Below are positions 29,963 to 39,666 of a stretch of DNA of 64,000 bases, one piece after another. Source of the stretch: an uncultured bacterium (lineage in GTDB: Bacteria; Patescibacteriota; Minisyncoccia; Phycocordibacterales; DATDWN01); assembly GCA_963727715.1 (NCBI GenBank), contig CAVSGX010000004.1:8455-72454 (forward strand). The letters run 5' to 3'. Below the pieces are notes generated by a model. It was given only the letters and a program-made list of their open reading frames with translations, was not told the origin of the DNA and searched no databases. A program made the position numbers and the translations under genes. How positions within the stretch are numbered: position 1 is the stretch's first letter; every line of letters starts with the position of its first letter.

Positions 29963-31651
29963 CTATTTGTGCACATCCGGAGCGTGACTGCAGTCATACA
30001 CCTTGGCCGAGATGTAATGGTCGGTTTGGTTGTAGATTATTTTGCAGGAGTCCAGATATTTGCGGTAGACGCTGTTTGGATCAATGCGCGGAATATTTAT
30101 TTCCAAATAAATCTCTTTGTACTGATTAAGGGTAGCGATTTTTTCGTTTATGTCAAAAGCCGGATCGGTGTAAAGTCTTTTTCTGTATTTGCCTATCTGT
30201 TGTATTTCATATCCGCCATTGTCATTGTAAACCGTTACGTATTTTATGTCCGGGTCGTTTTTAATGAATCCCACGGCACCAGAAAGAAGTTTCGGCGCCG
30301 AGCCGTAAAGACCACCGAACAAATATTCCTCGGCGAAAAGTCCGTTGTAGACAAGCCCAAGAGGAATGAGTAAAAGCAAAGCCATGCGACGCAGATGTGG
30401 TTTCCAAATAGCCACGACAACCAAGACCAGAGAAAAAATCCAAGACAAACCCATAAACAAAAAAGAAATATAAAATCCAAGAGGTCCGGAACCACCGGAG
30501 AACGGGTAAAGAAAATTCCATTTGAAACTTAGAATGCGACCAATCCAGGCCGTCTTCGGATAAAGCGACGGCACACTGTGAGGCAATGTTGCCAAGAACA
30601 AAAACACCAAAGCAACAAAAGTTCCAAGAAGAAGATATTCCGTGTCTCTTTTTTCTCTTGATCTAAAACAAGAAACCAAAACAACAGCTGATAAGACACA
30701 TAGCGGAATTATTATAAACTGCATATATCTGTCCAAAGCGCCGAGAGAAAAATCAAAAAGAATCGTGTAAAAAATTATACCGAACAAAATGTAAAACAGA
30801 AACGGTCTGACTTTTTTGACAAGATGTTTGTCGAGAAGAAAAGGAACCAAAACCAAAAACGGAGAAGAATACAGGAGGGCTTTGAAAACTTGGATGCCTG
30901 TCTGCAACCAATTTCTGTGAATGTTGGCAAAATGCATCCAGTATTCAAAGGATGTTTTCAGATTGAAAAAAGAAAAGAAATATTGAGAAACAAATAAAAG
31001 TAGCCAGAGCAAAACAACACCGCCGAAAATAAAACCAGCGTATCGAGCCATATCTTTTTTAGTCAGAAAATTTTTCTTCTGCCAGAGGAAATCGGCCAGA
31101 AGCGCGCAGATAGCCAGAGCAAAACTGACTTTGACGAAAAAACCCATAATGCACGAGAGAGCGAGCACGGCGACCCAAACCATTTTTCTTTTGCCAAAAC
31201 TTTGCCAGATTTTGTCGTATGAAATGAGAGCAATCAGAAAAAAGAACGGCATTATTGCCCCGTCGGTGTCCACCATAAGAGAAGCCAGAATGGAAAAATA
31301 AGACAGAACAAAAATGACCGAGCCGACAGTCGCTGTTTTTTTATCAAACCTTTGCCTCAAAAAATAATACAGGAGGAGCAAATTCATCACACCGAAAAAT
31401 AACGGCACGAAACGAAAATGAACATCGAAGCCGACAATCTCGCCGGCCACGCGATATATAAACTCCGAAAGTGGCGGGTGAGGAATATCTGTCCCGAGAG
31501 CAGTGGCCGGGTTGGCTATTTGTGGCCACTTGTACTCATCCTGATGGAGAGGTGAAGAAACCCCAGGCAGACGCAGGGCCAAGAAAGCCAAAACCAAAAT
31601 CCCGACAACAACCCACTCGTTTTTTCTAAAAAATTGTTCTATTTTTCCCAT
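29963..31651 (-). CDS. Polytopic membrane glycosyltransferase-like protein (ArnT/PMT GT39/GT83-like)
   Basis: 562 aa with more than 10 TM helices and an N-terminal 'LRLPGVSSPLHQDE' loop. Confidence 0.4.
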   Translation of the reverse strand: MGKIEQFFRKNEWVVVGILVLAFLALRLPGVSSPLHQDEYKWPQIANPATALGTDIPHPPLSEFIYRVAGEIVGFDVHFRFVPLFFGVMNLLLLYYFLRQRFDKKTATVGSVIFVLSYFSILASLMVDTDGAIMPFFFLIALISYDKIWQSFGKRKMVWVAVLALSCIMGFFVKVSFALAICALLADFLWQKKNFLTKKDMARYAGFIFGGVVLLWLLLFVSQYFFSFFNLKTSFEYWMHFANIHRNWLQTGIQVFKALLYSSPFLVLVPFLLDKHLVKKVRPFLFYILFGIIFYTILFDFSLGALDRYMQFIIIPLCVLSAVVLVSCFRSREKRDTEYLLLGTFVALVFLFLATLPHSVPSLYPKTAWIGRILSFKWNFLYPFSGGSGPLGFYISFLFMGLSWIFSLVLVVVAIWKPHLRRMALLLLIPLGLVYNGLFAEEYLFGGLYGSAPKLLSGAVGFIKNDPDIKYVTVYNDNGGYEIQQIGKYRKRLYTDPAFDINEKIATLNQYKEIYLEINIPRIDPNSVYRKYLDSCKIIYNQTDHYISAKVYDCSHAPDVHK

Positions 31652-31655
31652 ATTT

Positions 31656-32300
31656 CTATTTTTGTGCTACGAAAAGCATTTGGCCGGCGAAAGGTTTTAG
31701 TGGAGAGTGGATGTAAGCGCGGACAATGAAGGGCAGAAGAAAATCCGGGATGAGTGGAGAATTGGATCGCATAGAAAAAGGTAGAAAGCGTGGCATGGCG
31801 AGTAAGATATCGAAACTGTTTGAAATCAAAAAACTTTTAAGCGAAGCATCGCTCCAGATTTTCTTGTGAGTTGGATCGTCAAAATATTTTTTGGCCGACA
31901 GGCGGTAATTCGGTTGCATCAAAATAAGAATTCCTCTGGGTTTCAGTACACGCATTATCTCGGTGGTCGTCTTCTGGATCTCTTCGTCAGTGAAATGTTC
32001 CAAAAGATTGCTGGCAAAAACAACATCGGTCGACCGGCTTTTGATTAGAGATAGATTCCAAGCTGGAAATTTTATTTTTTTGACATCTTCTCCGGCAAAT
32101 TTGTCGATCTCCGTAGAAATATCAACCGCATATTTTTCTTCGGCCGAAGTATTGTTTATAAAATCGCAGTAGCCGGCGCCTAAGTCAACGACCACTTTTT
32201 TGTCACACAGAAAAGGTCGCAAAAATCGGACAATTTCTTTCCAGACGATCGTCCGTCTTTTGTCAAAAGTATATCGCGATGTGTAATATGGGTCTGTCAT
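31656..32300 (-). CDS. Class I SAM-dependent methyltransferase
   Basis: 'VVDLGAGYCDF' motif I. Confidence 0.55.
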   Translation of the reverse strand: MTDPYYTSRYTFDKRRTIVWKEIVRFLRPFLCDKKVVVDLGAGYCDFINNTSAEEKYAVDISTEIDKFAGEDVKKIKFPAWNLSLIKSRSTDVVFASNLLEHFTDEEIQKTTTEIMRVLKPRGILILMQPNYRLSAKKYFDDPTHKKIWSDASLKSFLISNSFDILLAMPRFLPFSMRSNSPLIPDFLLPFIVRAYIHSPLKPFAGQMLFVAQK

Positions 32301-33010
32301 AGCGTTTTGAATCGATATTTAACAATCATCGGTAACATTTTAAAACCAAGTTTTGTGGCGCGCCAAATACTGCCGGTGTAGCCGGAGAGACCGACACGCG
32401 GTTTGTACATTATCGGAATTTCAATAACCATTTTTTCTTTCCTGACGAGCCAGATCATAAGTTCCGGAGAAAATTTCCCGTCGCCGTCGGAATATTTGAA
32501 ATATTTTTTTATGTCTTCCAGTGAAGCGCGGTTTAGAAGTTTGTATGTGCAACCGACATCGGTCAGAGTCGGACCGTTGTGCAAAACTTCCAAAACTTTT
32601 GCCACAGCCCAGTTGCCCAGACGCACCGGAAAAGGCATAAAAGCGCCGGACCAAATAGCTGCCCGAGAAGTGCGTGTGCCGAAAACCACCGGGAAATTAT
32701 CGCTGTACAAAAGAAACTTGGCAATATCAGCCGGCTCAAATGTCCCATCCGCCTCAACCATAACAGTCAAATCCCCTGTCGATTCCATAAGCCCGCGCAT
32801 CAAGGCATAACCATAGCCCTGCTTTTTTTCTACCACCAATCTAGCCTTTGTTTTGGCCACTTCTTCTTTAGTTTTACCCAAAGCATTATTATCCACCACG
32901 ATAATTTCATCAACAAAACCAGTGGCAAAAAAACCGTTTATAACAAATTTGATTGTTTTGTCCTCGTTGTACGTTGGTATGATAACCGTTACTTTTTTTG
33001 ATTTATACAT
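32297..33010 (-). CDS. GT2 glycosyltransferase (Dpm1-like)
   Basis: 'VTVIIPTYNEDKTI...IIVVDNN'. Confidence 0.7.
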   Translation of the reverse strand: MYKSKKVTVIIPTYNEDKTIKFVINGFFATGFVDEIIVVDNNALGKTKEEVAKTKARLVVEKKQGYGYALMRGLMESTGDLTVMVEADGTFEPADIAKFLLYSDNFPVVFGTRTSRAAIWSGAFMPFPVRLGNWAVAKVLEVLHNGPTLTDVGCTYKLLNRASLEDIKKYFKYSDGDGKFSPELMIWLVRKEKMVIEIPIMYKPRVGLSGYTGSIWRATKLGFKMLPMIVKYRFKTL

Positions 33011-34023
33011 AAAAACAAATTGTCCATTAAAGTCTTTAGACTTTGGGACAAGACTGCTTTCTCAGCCAGATTACCATACTCCAAATATTGATCTTGGTCA
33101 AAGGAGAGCAAATTTAGAGCTCCTTTCAAAATATCTTCCTTGTTGTTTGAAACACATGACGACGGTGGCAATATTTTTTTGAATGATTGATTAGTAATTA
33201 AAACCAAAAGGCCACAAGCCAAAGCTTCAATGACGGTCTTGTCAAAACTGCCGGTGTCAGTGAAATTTAAAAAAATTTGATATCCTTGATAAACTCGCGG
33301 AGTATTTTCAAAAGAAACTCCTGGGGAGAGAAATACTTGTGACCGAAGTTTTTTCTCCGAGACAAGACTTTTCAAATTCTCAAAATATCTCTTATCTTTT
33401 GGAAGGACATCACCAACTATGGAAAGTCTTGGTTGAAGACCTTTATCAACCAAGTTGGAAATGAGATTTATGCCGGTTTCAATGTTTTTTATTTTGGCTA
33501 TGCGACCAAGCATCAAAAAAGAACATGGTTTGGTTGTGACACCAGTTTTCTTGAACATATCGGTATCAATACCGGCTGGCATTATTTTAGTCTTCTTAAA
33601 ACGAGCGGTGTAAGAACTCTCGGATGTGGCAAAGACGGTGTCTGAAAACCAGACGGCGAGGCCAGTCAGAAAATTGCCGTAGCGGTGATTGCGCCAGAAG
33701 AAAATTTTCTTGCCGAGCGATTTCCAAATCAATCCGCCTAAAAGAATGTACTCCTGATTCATATGGACAAAGACCAAGTCATATTCCTTGTGGTATTTCC
33801 AAATATATGAAAAAAATCTGGCCAAATATTTCATTTTGGAAACGCCATCTTCTTTGCCCAGAGAATAAACGGAAATATTTTTCGGCAAATCATATTCTCC
33901 TTTGGACAAACAAATAACAACAATCTTGTCGCATCTTTTGGCCATCTCCAAAAGCCAACCGTGAAAAAAACCAAGAGTTTTGTCTTTTTTATCAACCGTC
34001 TGTGTGATGACAAGCAATTTCAT
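32989..34023 (-). CDS. GT4 glycosyltransferase
   Basis: Size and the 'TDTGSFDKTVIEALACGLLVL' C-terminal GT-B pattern. Confidence 0.55.
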   Translation of the reverse strand: MKLLVITQTVDKKDKTLGFFHGWLLEMAKRCDKIVVICLSKGEYDLPKNISVYSLGKEDGVSKMKYLARFFSYIWKYHKEYDLVFVHMNQEYILLGGLIWKSLGKKIFFWRNHRYGNFLTGLAVWFSDTVFATSESSYTARFKKTKIMPAGIDTDMFKKTGVTTKPCSFLMLGRIAKIKNIETGINLISNLVDKGLQPRLSIVGDVLPKDKRYFENLKSLVSEKKLRSQVFLSPGVSFENTPRVYQGYQIFLNFTDTGSFDKTVIEALACGLLVLITNQSFKKILPPSSCVSNNKEDILKGALNLLSFDQDQYLEYGNLAEKAVLSQSLKTLMDNLFLCINQKK

Positions 34024-34457
34024 AATTTGAATTCTGTTTCAATTTTAATGTTATTGTCTTCTTCGCGTATTTTGAAGACAAAATGTTTTGATAAGAAAAA
34101 AGTGCAACAAGCCGTGACTATACCGGCGGTTATTTGGCCGGCCAGAGCGTAGAATTTGAAATATTCAACGGAGACATACAAAACAAAAGTATTGATCAAA
34201 AGACCTAATAAAGAGGTTAGTAAATATTTTCCGATCTGATGATGAAATCTGTCCATCGAATGATCACGAAATGTCCAGAATTTTTGCAAAATCAGACTGA
34301 TCAAAAAAGCTACTGTGAAAGCTACAACCGAGGAGGTAATATAGTAAACGTGGTAGATATGATGCAACAAAAAAAATAAAGACAGGTTGACCGCCGCGCT
34401 GGTGCCACCGGAGATAATATATCTGATCAACAAATGTTTAGTTAAATATTTAATCAT
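34020..34457 (-). CDS. GtrA-family membrane protein
   Basis: 145 aa with four TM helices and 'IISGGTSAAVNLSLFFLL'. Confidence 0.65.
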   Translation of the reverse strand: MIKYLTKHLLIRYIISGGTSAAVNLSLFFLLHHIYHVYYITSSVVAFTVAFLISLILQKFWTFRDHSMDRFHHQIGKYLLTSLLGLLINTFVLYVSVEYFKFYALAGQITAGIVTACCTFFLSKHFVFKIREEDNNIKIETEFKL

Positions 34458-35626
34458 TTTGAATTAATTCCCGGGTTGTCGTGAGTCGCTTCTTTCAAGA
34501 GAGCTGTGTACGATTCGACATATTCCTCTCTTGTGCCGATTCTGGATTCAATATCTTCCAAAAGGACCTGGGCCATCATATAACGCAAGGAGTTGTTACC
34601 AATCAATGTTTTTATACCTTCGGATATGCAAGCTATGTCGCCAACCGGACAGATGTAGGAATTTTTGAGATGAACTAAAATCTCGCCGGAAACACCAACA
34701 TCGGTAGACAAAACCGGCAAGTGAGCCAAGCCGGCTTCAATCAACGACATTCCGTATCCTTCGTATTCGGAAACGGACAAGAACATATTGGCTGATTTCA
34801 TTAGAGAAAAAATATCTTCCCGGAAACCCAGAAGAACGACTTTGTCAGAGAGTCCGAGTTTTTCAATTTTTTTCAAAAGTTTTTGGCGAAAAGGACCGTC
34901 GCCGGCGATAACAAGTCCGGCGTGAGGATAACTTTTGACCACATCAAAAAAAGCCGAGAGCGCGTCACTAAAACATTTTTCTTCGGTCAAACGACCGGCC
35001 GAGAGGATTATAAACTTGAATTGCGGAAACATTTTTTTCAGATCAGAATTTTCGTTTTTAGGATTTTGTGAAATGATAGATTCAACATCAATGCGTATGG
35101 GCAATATGCGGGCCGGATGTTTTAATTTTATCCCAGCTTCTTTTAAAGATTCGGCAATGCGCAAGGAAACAACCCTGACAAAATCAGCTCGAGGAATTAA
35201 AAATCTCGCTGTAAAAACCCTGAGACTTTGAAGAAAAGAATTTTTAAAATATGGGCTTAGAAAATCAGTATGTATTTGCAAATGGAGCGATAGGCGGAAA
35301 TATCTGGCCAGACGCCAACCGACAAACCCGCACTCAAAAGGATCTTGGCAGGTGATGACGGAATCCCCGCGGACAAATTTGTTTTCTTTTATTATTTTTT
35401 TGCCAAGTGAAATGGCATCAAAAATAAAAAACCAGCGCGAAGAAGAGTTGGTGGAATAAACAATTACATTTTCACTTATTGCGGTTTTCATCAGATTCTG
35501 TTTTTTTGTGGAAAAAACTATGATATGGAGAGAGTCCATCAATTTTCCATAATCCAAAGTACGCATAGCCACGGCGCTATTTTTTTCAAATAATTTTCTG
35601 TCTGTGCCTATGGATAAAACTTTCAT
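34454..35626 (-). CDS. GT4 glycosyltransferase
   Basis: 'SEYEGYGMSLIEAGLAHLPVLSTDVG'. Confidence 0.6.
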   Translation of the reverse strand: MKVLSIGTDRKLFEKNSAVAMRTLDYGKLMDSLHIIVFSTKKQNLMKTAISENVIVYSTNSSSRWFFIFDAISLGKKIIKENKFVRGDSVITCQDPFECGFVGWRLARYFRLSLHLQIHTDFLSPYFKNSFLQSLRVFTARFLIPRADFVRVVSLRIAESLKEAGIKLKHPARILPIRIDVESIISQNPKNENSDLKKMFPQFKFIILSAGRLTEEKCFSDALSAFFDVVKSYPHAGLVIAGDGPFRQKLLKKIEKLGLSDKVVLLGFREDIFSLMKSANMFLSVSEYEGYGMSLIEAGLAHLPVLSTDVGVSGEILVHLKNSYICPVGDIACISEGIKTLIGNNSLRYMMAQVLLEDIESRIGTREEYVESYTALLKEATHDNPGINSK

Positions 35627-36645
35627 ATTTGCGAGTAAATATCTACGAATTGTTGGGCGATTTCATCCCAAGAATGACCGTGGGAACTCAAGAGAATATT
35701 TCTTTTATAATTTTGATATATTTCCGGCTCAAGTAAAATCTCCACATTACGGACCAAATCATCAACCGAAAAAGGATTGGTAAATACTACCATACCTTTC
35801 AGTTTTTCAAACATACCATTATCGGAAGTCAAAATGACTGGCAAATCAAAACGAATGGCATCACAAACCAAATTCGGGCTAACTTCCGAAAAAGAATTGA
35901 TAATAATGGCGTAAGATTTGGAAATTTTTTCCAAAAGAACTTCGTGGGAAACTTGATTTGTGTCCAAGATCAGATCTGGATGTTTCTGTTTGATTCTGCG
36001 GAAAGCTTCCGCCAATCTTTTTTTATTTTTTATAACAATGTCGCGAGACGGAGATAGAAATATTTTCTGCTCGATATTCTGGGCGACGGGCATTTCCGGC
36101 ATAGGAAAAAAATTCTCTATAATTTTTGTTTTGTTTAAATTCAAGTTGTACGACTCTTTCATAATATTTCTTTGCCATTCGGTACTGAAAATAACCATGT
36201 CAGCCGAGTGTAAAACAAACTTGGTGGTATTGAAAATAATCTTCTCTTTCAAAGAAAACTCGCGAGGAGTTTGATAGAAATGTGAAAGTAAAATTTCTTT
36301 TTTGGTTCTCTCAACAAAAGATTCCCATAAAAAATCTCCACCCACTCTTAAAACCATTTTTTTGCCAAGCAATTTGCTAAAAATGAGTGTCGGTAAACCA
36401 ACACTAAAAGAGTCCAGAGCAATGATATAGTCGGCAAAAAGAGCATCAAAAAATAGTTTGACAAAATAAAAAAAATGGCGAACTCCTGTGGGAAATTTTT
36501 TCAATTCACCATAAGTGACAACCGAGACATTATATTTTTGGATTAAAAATGAATTAAAAAGCTCCTTGGCATATCCCGCCGGACCGCCTATTTCCGGAGG
36601 GTAAATACCTGTTGCTATGACAATATTTTCCGGTATTTTGTTCAT
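35623..36645 (-). CDS. Glycosyltransferase (GT-B, GT4-like)
   Basis: Size, glycan-locus context and 'GIYPPEIGGPAGY' N-terminal GT-B motif. Confidence 0.5.
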   Translation of the reverse strand: MNKIPENIVIATGIYPPEIGGPAGYAKELFNSFLIQKYNVSVVTYGELKKFPTGVRHFFYFVKLFFDALFADYIIALDSFSVGLPTLIFSKLLGKKMVLRVGGDFLWESFVERTKKEILLSHFYQTPREFSLKEKIIFNTTKFVLHSADMVIFSTEWQRNIMKESYNLNLNKTKIIENFFPMPEMPVAQNIEQKIFLSPSRDIVIKNKKRLAEAFRRIKQKHPDLILDTNQVSHEVLLEKISKSYAIIINSFSEVSPNLVCDAIRFDLPVILTSDNGMFEKLKGMVVFTNPFSVDDLVRNVEILLEPEIYQNYKRNILLSSHGHSWDEIAQQFVDIYSQI

Positions 36646-36654
36646 ATCCCATAA

Positions 36655-38508
36655 TCAATGCTGTTCAGGTTTATTTTTATCAATTGTGTCGTCCACATTA
36701 AGCACTTTACGCAAAACCTCTTCCGGCACTTCTTTCCCCGACGCTGGCGCGGCTGGGGTTTGGACGATTTCTTTTTTAATTCCGGGTTTTATTTCCGTTT
36801 TTATTTCCGGTTTATTCATAACTTGAGACAGAGCATTTTTCAAACTGGAAATATTTTCCACTGTCGGATTTTTTTTATTTTCACTTGAATTCAGAGTAGA
36901 TAATGAAGCTGTTTGCGCAGTTGGAGGATTCTTATTTGAATCTACTGGTTTTCTCTGCGAAAAAGATTTGTTGCGCAAATCTTCGGTGGCTTTTATAAAA
37001 GCCAACTTATTAGGATCAGGGGTTGCAATTGTTGGAGTATTGTTCTGGTTGTTATATTTCTCTTTCTCACTGAAAGGCTTGTTAAAAATCGGACGATTGT
37101 CGACGCTTCGCTGAGGAGATGCCGGCGCAGATAAGGGCATAGGCGAAAAGCTGGAACGTCCTGTTCCTATATTTCCGTCGCCTTGCCCACCACCAGCCAT
37201 TTTGTCTCTTTGGGCCGATGTCCCCTCTTCATGCCATTTTTTTATTTCTGCCTCGACTTCGCCCCGTGGTCGGGTAAACTGTTTCCACGAGCTTTCCATA
37301 ACTTCTTTTTTGAATGAGACATCCGGCCTAGTAATCGGTGGCATAGTGACAGCTGAAAACGGCGCTGAAGAAACTTCATCGATCATCAATTTCAAATAAA
37401 TTTGGTATTTGCCAAGATTGACCAAATCTTCGGCGGTGAAAGTTGGAGCGAATTCTTTTTCCAAAACTTCAGCATCAAAAGCGCCGACTCGAAATGTGAC
37501 CATGGTGCCAACGTTGCCGAAAACGGCGTCGCGCACTTCCTCTTCCATTTGCTCAATGTACTGATGTGTGATGTTTAAACCTAATTTGTACTTGCGGGCT
37601 TCGGACAAAATGTCGGCAAAAGATTTGTTGGCGAAAGATTGAAACTCGTCCACATACAAATAAAAATTCGGCAGTTTGGCTAATTGCTCTTTGTTTTTGT
37701 CCGCTCGAGACATGGCCGCCAAGTATATTTTTGTGATAAGCATTGAACCAATGAGGTTGGCATTGCCCTCACCAACAAGCCCTTTGGACAAGTTGATGAG
37801 CAATATCTTTTTCTCATCCATAAAATCGCGAATGTCAAAAGATGATTTCGGCTGGCCGATTAAATTTCGGACAAGCGGGTTTGATGTGAATTGTCCGACT
37901 TTGTTTTGAATAGCCGGTGTGGCTTCGGCTGCGTATTTGTCGGTGTATTTGGCAAATTCCTCCGTCCAAAAAGTTTTGACCGATGGATCTTTGATGTTCT
38001 CCACCACTTTTTTGCGATACTCTTTGTCAGCTAACATTCGATTAACACCAAGAAGTGTGGCACCCGGATATTCCAAGAGCGCCAAAAGAGTGTTGTTTAA
38101 AATGTAAGCCATGCGAGCTGACCAAGCATCCACCCAGATTTTCTCAAACGTGGACATGAGGCCGTTGACCACCAGATGTCTTTTGTCCACACCAATATCT
38201 TCCAAGACATTGAAAGAAACTGGATGTTCCAAATCAAATGGCGCGAAATAAAGCACATCTTTGATGCGATTTTCCGGGATGTAATCCAGCAGTTTTTCGG
38301 CCATTGAACCGTGCGGATCTATGACGGCGATACCGTTGCCATTTTGAATATCCTGGATGGCCATATTTTCCAAAAGATTGGACTTGCCAACGCCGGTTTT
38401 GCCGATAACATAAACATGACGCAAGCGATCGCTTTCTTTGATACCAAAACGGATTTTTTTGTTGCGAGCGTCCGTTTCGGCAAAATATGTGATGGGGTTT
38501 GGGTCCAT
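36655..38508 (-). CDS. Type IV secretion/conjugation coupling-protein-like ATPase (VirD4/TraG/TraD-like, TrwB-type ATPase domain) with low-complexity C-terminal tail
   Basis: Walker A 'VIGKTGVGKSNLL', 'VIDPHG', and 'YLYVDEFQSF'. Confidence 0.6.
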   Translation of the reverse strand: MDPNPITYFAETDARNKKIRFGIKESDRLRHVYVIGKTGVGKSNLLENMAIQDIQNGNGIAVIDPHGSMAEKLLDYIPENRIKDVLYFAPFDLEHPVSFNVLEDIGVDKRHLVVNGLMSTFEKIWVDAWSARMAYILNNTLLALLEYPGATLLGVNRMLADKEYRKKVVENIKDPSVKTFWTEEFAKYTDKYAAEATPAIQNKVGQFTSNPLVRNLIGQPKSSFDIRDFMDEKKILLINLSKGLVGEGNANLIGSMLITKIYLAAMSRADKNKEQLAKLPNFYLYVDEFQSFANKSFADILSEARKYKLGLNITHQYIEQMEEEVRDAVFGNVGTMVTFRVGAFDAEVLEKEFAPTFTAEDLVNLGKYQIYLKLMIDEVSSAPFSAVTMPPITRPDVSFKKEVMESSWKQFTRPRGEVEAEIKKWHEEGTSAQRDKMAGGGQGDGNIGTGRSSFSPMPLSAPASPQRSVDNRPIFNKPFSEKEKYNNQNNTPTIATPDPNKLAFIKATEDLRNKSFSQRKPVDSNKNPPTAQTASLSTLNSSENKKNPTVENISSLKNALSQVMNKPEIKTEIKPGIKKEIVQTPAAPASGKEVPEEVLRKVLNVDDTIDKNKPEQH

Positions 38509-38660
38509 AATCGTTTATTATTATATCACAGATGATTAAAATCCAAACCACTAAAAGCTCGCCTGATTTTGCTCCGCAAAATCAGAAAGTAAAGAAAAAT
38601 TCAAAATTCAAAAACAAAAGAAAAAACAAATCGACAAGAGACAAGCTACCTTTTTGGAAA

Positions 38661-39650
38661 TCACAAGAACGAGCGGGAGAGGCGACCACCCAGAGGCGGA
38701 TGGGAACTGGACGGAGCATCGGCACGGACACCGAGCCGGGAACCGGCGGGGTTCCAATAGGCGCAGACGACACGAAAGGAAGATGGGGCGGTTTTGTCAG
38801 GGTTTGGCACTTTAGACCCGGGCAAAGCGGTCCAGTAGTATAGACCATCTTTCTCGTTTTTGGTGTCTATGTGCTTGCCTGTTTGTTCAAAGATTTTTCT
38901 TTGCAGGATGAGATAATCGGACAGAGTTAGAGATTGGTTCGGAGGCAAGGAGAGAAAGGTTTCAATCTTTTTGTTCAGAGTTTGTTTAAGCTCTGATTGT
39001 TGCCAGAGTTCTTGACTGTGGACTAGAACGATTCTTCTTTTTTTGTCTTCTATTACTCCTTCAAACCCGCCACCCGAGTTGAAATTGCTTCCGGTGTATG
39101 TTTCGTTGTATCCTTCCGACATTTTAGCGTTTAGGTCTGTCAGGTTTGGCAGAGTTTCCGGAATGAGCAGGATTGTGTCAAAACCGTGTTTTTCTATTTC
39201 TTCTCTGATTTGGTCAATGTTTCTTTCCCAGATGTTTTTCATCGTCTCGGAGAAGTCTTTCGGTCTGTCTATGGAGTGGGTTGTGTAAAAGGAAGTAAAG
39301 TATTCTATTTCTTTTTCAATATCTATGGTTATGGTTTCTTTCTTTTCTTCAGTGGTTGTTTTGCCGGTTTTTTCGTCTTTTGTCTCTTCGATATGTTTGT
39401 ATTCCACTTCTAGAGTTGTTGAGGATTTGCCTTCTATCTTTCTTTTGAGAGAACGGCATTGGGAGAGTGTTTCTTTGATTTTCAGGCTTAGTTCTTTCTG
39501 TTTCTCTGTATCTCCGCTCTCAATGGCTTTTAGGAGTTTATCTTTCATTTCTTCGGCCTGAGAGAGCAGGCCTTCCATTACGGTCAAGTCGGCCAGAGCT
39601 TGTTCTTTGGTTGGTGGAGAGTTTGGGATTTTGGGAGATTCGTGGGACAT
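38661..39650 (-). CDS. DGR target protein 1 (C-type-lectin-fold-like C-terminus carrying VR1)
   Basis: C-terminus 'GFRVVCAYWNPAGSRLGVRADAPSSSHPPLGGRLSRSFL'. About 97% nucleotide identity to the gene at 40671..41660, except in the variable repeat. Confidence 0.8.
   Translation of the reverse strand: MSHESPKIPNSPPTKEQALADLTVMEGLLSQAEEMKDKLLKAIESGDTEKQKELSLKIKETLSQCRSLKRKIEGKSSTTLEVEYKHIEETKDEKTGKTTTEEKKETITIDIEKEIEYFTSFYTTHSIDRPKDFSETMKNIWERNIDQIREEIEKHGFDTILLIPETLPNLTDLNAKMSEGYNETYTGSNFNSGGGFEGVIEDKKRRIVLVHSQELWQQSELKQTLNKKIETFLSLPPNQSLTLSDYLILQRKIFEQTGKHIDTKNEKDGLYYWTALPGSKVPNPDKTAPSSFRVVCAYWNPAGSRLGVRADAPSSSHPPLGGRLSRSFL
38673..38771 (-). repeat. DGR variable repeat VR1
   Basis: It aligns to the template repeat at 43071-43177. 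All but one difference fall at template-repeat adenines (coding sense). Confidence 0.8.
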
Positions 39651-39666
39651 AATGGATGGATGATAA

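Noticed and set aside
38582-38848. 88-89-aa minus-strand ORFs 38582..38848 and 40589..40858 (and plus-strand 38532..38843, 40479..40853, 43061..43348, 43278..43628)
   Set aside because: These are alternative-frame or antisense readings of the variable-repeat and template-repeat regions. The real genes are the 329-aa and 675-aa ORFs in the other frame, whose C-termini match across paralogs.
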